A stretch of DNA of 64,000 nt, from contig JAMWDI010000004.1 in the NCBI GenBank assembly GCA_023819375.1, positions 130,190-194,189 of the forward strand. The letters are read 5' to 3'. This stretch comes from Candidatus Omnitrophota bacterium (GTDB lineage: Bacteria > Ratteibacteria > UBA8468 > B48-G9 > JAFGKM01). The notes under the pieces were generated by a model, which searched no databases, was not told where the DNA came from, and saw only the letters and a program-made list of their open reading frames with translations. Made by a program: the position numbers and the translations under genes. This document shows, one piece after another, positions 58,315-64,000 of the stretch (its first letter is position 1; the number at the start of each line of letters is the position of its first letter).

Positions 58315-59303
58315 TTCTCCTCCTTTTTTCTATAAACTTCCTGGAGTATTTTAACTGATTTTATATTCTCCTCAATAGTTATACCTTTTACTTCCTCATC
58401 AAAATTCCCCTCTATTGCTTTTTTAAATTTATCAAGAGTCCATAGAAGAGAATCCTTAAATTCTTCCTTAGGAATATTTAAATATTCAATTCTATCTGAT
58501 TCTACTGGAGAATTTTTTCCATAAACGTAAAAAACTTTTCCATCTCTCAAATAGAGGACTCCATTTTCACCCTCTATCGTCCAGTAACCGGTCCAATCAG
58601 TTTGAATTCCTTTGCCTATCCACGTTGCATAATAATCAATAAAAATATCATCAAAAATCATATTTATAGAAACACACGCATTTCCCTTATAAGGACTATA
58701 TGAGGGATTAAATGAGTAAAATGATATTACTTTTTTTATCTCCTTTTCAAGAACATATCTTAAATCATCAAAATGGTGTATACTCATGTCATCCAAAACA
58801 GGCTCTTTTATCTCTTCTCTCCAATCATATGTTCTCATAATTCTTGAAAAATATATTGAAACATATGAAATTTTGCCCAATCTACCACTTTTTATAATCT
58901 CTCTCATAACTTTTAATTGTGGTGTACTTCTTTGATTCTGATTAACTAAAAAGACTACATTTTTTTCATTCTTTAATTTTAAAATCTCGGGTATTTCTTC
59001 AAAATTTAAAGTAAGTGGCTTTTCACATAAAATATTCATATTTTTAGATATTGCTTCCTTTGCAATCTTTAAATGGGTATCTGGAGGAGTAACAATAATG
59101 CATCCATCAATTTTTTCTTTTATTTCATTAAGTTCAGAATAAATAGGGAAATTTCTATATTTTTCATTATCTCTTAATTCTTTCCTTACTTTTTCAGATA
59201 CTTCAACAATACCTCCTATTTCCCAATCTTTCTCTTCAATAATATAATCAATCCACCTTCTTCCAAGTTTACCGGCACCAACAATAACAACTTTTTTTCT
59301 CAT
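58311..59303 (-). CDS. Gfo/Idh/MocA oxidoreductase
   Basis: VVIVGAG, VTPPDTH, CEKPL, DMSIHHFD. Confidence 0.92.
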   Translation of the reverse strand: MRKKVVIVGAGKLGRRWIDYIIEEKDWEIGGIVEVSEKVRKELRDNEKYRNFPIYSELNEIKEKIDGCIIVTPPDTHLKIAKEAISKNMNILCEKPLTLNFEEIPEILKLKNEKNVVFLVNQNQRSTPQLKVMREIIKSGRLGKISYVSIYFSRIMRTYDWREEIKEPVLDDMSIHHFDDLRYVLEKEIKKVISFYSFNPSYSPYKGNACVSINMIFDDIFIDYYATWIGKGIQTDWTGYWTIEGENGVLYLRDGKVFYVYGKNSPVESDRIEYLNIPKEEFKDSLLWTLDKFKKAIEGNFDEEVKGITIEENIKSVKILQEVYRKKEEK

Positions 59304-61180
59304 TCTTTCACCTCTTCTTTTGCTCTCTTAATACTATTAAAGAAACTTTCAGGTTTACCTTCAAGTAAATTTGGAACAAAGGGTTTAATTTCTCCTTTTT
59401 TTATTTTCTCTTCCATTTCCTCTCTTTTCTTTTTATCCATCCAATAATATTCATACCAACCATATCCAGGTGTATAACTTTGCCAATAAATCCAAACATA
59501 GTCAGAATAACTTTCTCTTAAAAGTGGAATAAGTTTTTCGTACATACCACCGTCTTCTCTTTCTCTGCCTGGTGCTTCATATGTATTTGCTCTTCCACCA
59601 ACTCCACTATTTAAAAATAATTTTTCAGGTTCAACCTTTATATCAAAATTTTCCTTTAAAAATGGCATAACTTCAACAAAAAACTTTGTATTGTAGTAAG
59701 GTCCTTTAATTGTATCTCCTATATGTGGTGAATATTCTCCATCTATAATCTTTGTCTTTCCTTTACTTCCAGAAATCATCCCTGAGAGAAAAGAATAGAA
59801 TAATCTATGTTTCATATCAGGATATAAATAACCAGGAGAAACAGATGATTTTTCTAAATTTCCCCAATGACATTGAAAAATACTTCTTCCAAGTCCAACC
59901 ATTCTTGAACCATCAACACTTATAACAACTATATCTGGTTTTTCTTCTTGTAAAATTTCAATAATTTCTTTACCCTTTTCAAAGGCTCTTTTTGCGCAAT
60001 CTTCAAAATTATATTTTTCTTTATAATATCCATGATAAGTAAAAATATGTGTTTTTTTACCAGGTGTTTCACAGTCAAGAAATATTCCTTTACAGTTTGT
60101 TTCTTTTACAATTTTACCTATTATTCTGAAATTTTCTTTAATTATTTCCCATATTTTTTCGTCAAATAACCAATCAACATTCTCTTCATTTCTTAAATAA
60201 GCACTAACCCATAAAAAATTATCCTTCCATCTTTCAAATTTCAAATTTTTCAGTATATCAATCTGTGGTTTTAATTTTTCATAATCAATTTTAACTGTAT
60301 AAGAAAATGGCCAGAAACCACCATAAGGACAGATATTATCAATATTATCAAATCCTATTGTAATTCCATCAAAATAAAAATACTGTTCTTCAAGTTCTTT
60401 TAATCTTTCTTTCAATTGAGATACTGAAATTCTTCCCCATCCACTTTGAATTAACTTAGGATAAGTTACTGGTGGATAAACAAATGAAATTTTTTCAATA
60501 TTATCTTTATATTTTAAAGAAAAGAAACTATCTTTTTTTACTTCCTTTTTTATTAAAATTAAATTCCACCCCTTATTTATTTTAAATTTAAATTCGTCTT
60601 TCCCTTCAATTAATTCTCCATTTACAAAAAATTTAATCTCATTATCTGAACTTATAAAAAAGTTGCTTTCCTTTTCATCTGATGAAAATAACCAGAAAGA
60701 AAGATAATAAACACCTTCTTCAAATCCTTCAAATTTTAATATATCTAAAGTTGAACCAAAAAATTTCCACTCAGGTAAAGATGGTTTTATTTCTTTTTCA
60801 TTCAACTTCTTTTTCGCAGGCCCTTTTATTAAAAAAGTTCTTAAATATTTCTCTGTCTTTACTTCTCTTATTTCTGATTTTGCTTTTTCTCCTTCTATTG
60901 TTTGTGATTCAACATAAAAATAAATAGTAAAATCTGAAGGAAGATATGAAATTTCAAATTTGTGTTTTTTTCTCAAGTTTTTATCAATTAAAAATGCACA
61001 ATATTGTGAATTAAGCAATGACTTAAATGGACTATAAAATAATCTTGAATCTGCTTCTTTATCTGTTTCCCATTCAATTGTTACTGAAAAGGAATTTGAA
61101 TATGTTTTAAGATTTAAAATTTCTAATCCTTTGCAACTTAAAAAAGAAAAAATATAAATAATAATAAAATATCTTCTCAT
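59300..61180 (-). CDS. Secreted hypothetical protein (FN3-like N-terminus, putative TIM-barrel C-terminus)
   Basis: Signal peptide; SVTIEWETD...H...Y..ES (FN3/purple-acid-phosphatase-N-like); C-terminal FDGI, KGIFLDCE, IIDG. Confidence 0.55.
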   Translation of the reverse strand: MRRYFIIIYIFSFLSCKGLEILNLKTYSNSFSVTIEWETDKEADSRLFYSPFKSLLNSQYCAFLIDKNLRKKHKFEISYLPSDFTIYFYVESQTIEGEKAKSEIREVKTEKYLRTFLIKGPAKKKLNEKEIKPSLPEWKFFGSTLDILKFEGFEEGVYYLSFWLFSSDEKESNFFISSDNEIKFFVNGELIEGKDEFKFKINKGWNLILIKKEVKKDSFFSLKYKDNIEKISFVYPPVTYPKLIQSGWGRISVSQLKERLKELEEQYFYFDGITIGFDNIDNICPYGGFWPFSYTVKIDYEKLKPQIDILKNLKFERWKDNFLWVSAYLRNEENVDWLFDEKIWEIIKENFRIIGKIVKETNCKGIFLDCETPGKKTHIFTYHGYYKEKYNFEDCAKRAFEKGKEIIEILQEEKPDIVVISVDGSRMVGLGRSIFQCHWGNLEKSSVSPGYLYPDMKHRLFYSFLSGMISGSKGKTKIIDGEYSPHIGDTIKGPYYNTKFFVEVMPFLKENFDIKVEPEKLFLNSGVGGRANTYEAPGREREDGGMYEKLIPLLRESYSDYVWIYWQSYTPGYGWYEYYWMDKKKREEMEEKIKKGEIKPFVPNLLEGKPESFFNSIKRAKEEVKE

Positions 61181-61191
61181 TTTTTATTTTT

Positions 61192-61902
61192 TTATTCATA
61201 AAAAGCACTCCAGACAGCATATTTTACATGAAAAGTACTCCAGTCAATAAGTTTTACACTTCCATCACAGAATAAAACATTATAGCCTATTAAATGAGGT
61301 TGAGGAACTCTTAGTCTTTCTCCATTATAATCATAAAATCCATTACAAGCAGGTGTCATAACCCTTATTCCACCTAAAGCAGAAGCATCTGTTACCGGAA
61401 AACAAACCATATAATAAAAGTTTCTTGGTTTTGTTTCTGTTAAAAGTATTTGTGTTGATGGCTTTTTAATTTTACTTATTTTATAATTACCTGCCCATCT
61501 GCCCTCAAAAAGAGTCATTCCATAATCAGAAAAATAAGTTCTACCACATCCCCAACCTCCTCCCGGATCGTAATTCCATCTATTGAATTTTAAAATTGAT
61601 GGGCATTTTAGTAATTTCGTATCTTTTAAATATCCTCTATCTATAAATCTGTTATACCAAAAAGCCTCTGAATTAGGAGTATTTAAGAAAACAGTTGATT
61701 CAATAAATTTTGGTAAATAATCATCATAATCAATTGTATACATGGCAAAAGCAAGTCCTAATTGTCTTAAATTATTCATACAACTTGCCTGTCTTGCTCT
61801 CTCCCTTGCTTTTGAAAGAGCTGGTAGCAACATTGCAGCAAGGATAGCAATTATCGCAACTACAACAAGTAATTCTATTAATGTAAATCCCTTCCTTTTC
61901 AT
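61192..61902 (-). CDS. Prepilin-like DUF1559/H-X9-DG protein
   Basis: G|[34 protein letters not shown]. Start ATG 61902 after GGGAGGTG. Confidence 0.9.
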   Translation of the reverse strand: MKRKGFTLIELLVVVAIIAILAAMLLPALSKARERARQASCMNNLRQLGLAFAMYTIDYDDYLPKFIESTVFLNTPNSEAFWYNRFIDRGYLKDTKLLKCPSILKFNRWNYDPGGGWGCGRTYFSDYGMTLFEGRWAGNYKISKIKKPSTQILLTETKPRNFYYMVCFPVTDASALGGIRVMTPACNGFYDYNGERLRVPQPHLIGYNVLFCDGSVKLIDWSTFHVKYAVWSAFYE

Positions 61903-61928
61903 ATTTCTCACCTCCCTTCATTTTATAT

Positions 61929-61957
61929 ATATTATACATTAGTTTTTATTTTGTCAA
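61929..61957 (-). promoter_or_regulatory. sigma70 promoter of the pilin-led operon
   Basis: TTGACA (61957-61952), 17 bp, TAATAT (61934-61929); an overlapping TATAAT lies at 61936-61931. Confidence 0.55.
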
Positions 61958-62007
61958 ATTCTTTCCTCTTTTGAATTCGGAGGACGGGGCTTGTCTTTAT
62001 ATAAAAA

Positions 62008-64000
62008 TTAATTAAAATCAAGAGTTGCTTTTTCATACAGATTTGCTTTTTTTCTCATTTCTATTGTTTTTATCAGTCCTGCTTCTTTTAATCTGCCATA
62101 TGGAAGATAGCCATGAAAAATATATTTATTTTCAAGTAATTTCAATAATTCAAGTATAAATTTTTCTCTTTCTTCTGGACTTTTACCTGAAATAATTAAT
62201 GAATTCTCTTTTATATATATACCAGTTTTACCAAAATCACCTATCAAGATACCTTTATCTGTCTTAAATTCTTTTTTTCTTATTATTGGCATATTTATCT
62301 CATATCTTTTATCAAGTGCTTCACTATACCAAACCCTAAAAAATGCATATATTCTTTTCCCTGCTCTTTCATCAATAAAATCATAATTATCTGGAATAAC
62401 TATAGGTAAACCATTTAGATTTTCATCAATATATTTAAAATTGATAATTTCAGCCTTTGATGATAAAAAAATTTCTGATTGGAATTCAATTTTTATATTT
62501 AAATTTTTAGTTTTTGGCAAAAGGAATCTTCCTGTTTTTTTATCAACTATTTCAAATTTGGTTGGCTTTTCATTTATAACTACATTTTCTACTTTATGAT
62601 TGTCAGGGATTAGAAATTCACAGATAATATTTTCAGGTAACTTTTCAAAATTTAAATAACCACTTATTTGTTTTCCATAATCTTTTTCTTCCATTTTAAA
62701 ACTACCTTTACCTTTATTTTCTTTTAAATCTTTAATCTTCATAATTACAAGAAATATATCTGCATCCCACCTTTTTAATTCATAAGAAAATTCTGAAAAA
62801 TCTTTATTGAAATTTAATTCAACCGGTAAACCAAAATATTCACAGATTAAGAAAACACCATCGCCAAATATATTATTTTCAATTTTAAATTTAAATCTTT
62901 TCTTTTCTGGATAAGTATTTCCAATAGATAAAATACTTCCAATACCATCTCCAAATCTTGAACATATTACCATTTCATCTTCACATCTTAATCCAGAAAT
63001 AGGTCTATATCCTGATAAGTTTTCTTTTTCTGGTATGTCAGATACTTTAATCATTTCAGGAACTCCCATAACATCATCAACACTAAAAGTAGTGCCAAAA
63101 CATAAAGCACCAATCTTTGTAAAACCAAACATCTTTCTATAAATATCTCTTAAAAATTCAGATGAAAATTTCTCAATATCAATCCTATAAGGAACTTGTC
63201 TATCTCCCCAGTGTGTGCAATGTAAACTTATTGGTTTTGTTCCAAGTCTTATTCTGTTTATAAATTGTGCATAAATTGGGTTATCTACATTCCCCCCAAA
63301 TGAACCTCCTTCTAATAAAAATACATCTGTATTCATACATGTGGGCCATGTATTTGAAGCATCACTTGCTACTGCCAATCTGTATCCTCTTTTATCTTTT
63401 GGTAAATTCCTTATTGCGTTAAATAACTGAGAGATACCAATACCTTCATCTACATATAAACCTTTTTCGTCAAATGATAAACCTTCTGTCTTTGATAATA
63501 CTTTTTCACCTCTATATTTAAAGCCACCATTTCCTCTTATATTGTCCATACATATTGCTGATAAAGAAATTTCTTCTCTAATTTTTTCAAAATCCTTTAA
63601 AGTATCTTCCCCAAATTTTGTATACCACCAATACATTCTTGGTCCACCATTATTTCTTCCTAATGGGCCATAATTATAAATACAATGTGGTAAGCCCTCT
63701 TTTATATCTTCATCTTTATAGATTTTATTTGCAAGTTCTTCTTCACAGAAATTGCATAAATAAAATCCAACTGCACATCCAGAATTTATGACCTTACCTG
63801 CCCAAATATTTTTTCTCCAGTTGTGAAATTTATCATAATCTTCAAGATATTCCCAGTAAGGTGTCTTTTTCCATCCTTCTTCTTGTTTATATCCAGAAAA
63901 ATATTCTTTTTTACCATACCAATCCCCAAGGCGTTTATATCCTCCAAATTTCCAGTACCATCCTTGTCCAAATCTTCTAAATAATTCAAGTGACAAAATA
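62008..64000 (-). CDS. Large hypothetical, aromatic-rich putative glycoside hydrolase, 5' end outside the window
   Basis: Frame is open to the window edge; W/Y-rich, GFY..., AICMDN in a barrel-like segment; no firm family. Confidence 0.55.
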   Translation of the reverse strand, partial: ILSLELFRRFGQGWYWKFGGYKRLGDWYGKKEYFSGYKQEEGWKKTPYWEYLEDYDKFHNWRKNIWAGKVINSGCAVGFYLCNFCEEELANKIYKDEDIKEGLPHCIYNYGPLGRNNGGPRMYWWYTKFGEDTLKDFEKIREEISLSAICMDNIRGNGGFKYRGEKVLSKTEGLSFDEKGLYVDEGIGISQLFNAIRNLPKDKRGYRLAVASDASNTWPTCMNTDVFLLEGGSFGGNVDNPIYAQFINRIRLGTKPISLHCTHWGDRQVPYRIDIEKFSSEFLRDIYRKMFGFTKIGALCFGTTFSVDDVMGVPEMIKVSDIPEKENLSGYRPISGLRCEDEMVICSRFGDGIGSILSIGNTYPEKKRFKFKIENNIFGDGVFLICEYFGLPVELNFNKDFSEFSYELKRWDADIFLVIMKIKDLKENKGKGSFKMEEKDYGKQISGYLNFEKLPENIICEFLIPDNHKVENVVINEKPTKFEIVDKKTGRFLLPKTKNLNIKIEFQSEIFLSSKAEIINFKYIDENLNGLPIVIPDNYDFIDERAGKRIYAFFRVWYSEALDKRYEINMPIIRKKEFKTDKGILIGDFGKTGIYIKENSLIISGKSPEEREKFILELLKLLENKYIFHGYLPYGRLKEAGLIKTIEMRKKANLYEKATLDFN

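Noticed and set aside
61978-61997. GC-rich patch cggaggacggggcttgtctt as a terminator or REP element
   Set aside because: Single copy; the stem is weak on the transcribed (-) strand and has no U-tract.

Overview
AT-rich, gene-dense bacterial chromosomal window with K/E-rich proteins. The many DUF1559/H-X9-DG prepilin-like genes and the pilB-pilT-pilB-pilC block suggest an anaerobic, possibly thermophilic PVC-superphylum organism such as Omnitrophota/Ratteibacteria (inference). All family assignments are motif recognition by eye, not database searches. Contents in order: (1) queC (partial)-queE, divergent from tRNA-Asn(GUU). (2) A 9-gene IclR-led operon with four QueG/reductive-dehalogenase-like cobalamin/Fe-S paralogs (one an internally repeated fusion), a U32-family Fe-S protein, an FAD oxidoreductase, a tandem DUF1284-like Cys/His protein and a GH28-like enzyme. 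(3) TlpA/CcdA/HAD genes. (4) An orphan ParA plus RHH pair in front of a type IV filament locus with two PilB, PilT, PilC and pilins. (5) Four carbohydrate-type loci, each headed by variable DUF1559/H-X9-DG pilin-like genes and lacking any recognisable sugar transporter; two follow a LacI or ROK regulator and one carries MttB and UroD-family proteins. (6) A divergent activase/dehydratase-like pair, an HI0933 flavoprotein and a radical SAM gene. The two best candidates for an undescribed system are the multi-paralog B12/Fe-S + U32 operon (3311-13874) and the pilin-headed sugar loci served by one retractile filament machine. Also seen: a 76-bp exact repeat between two pilin 5' ends and many apparently leaderless genes. 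No CRISPR array, rRNA or transposase was found.
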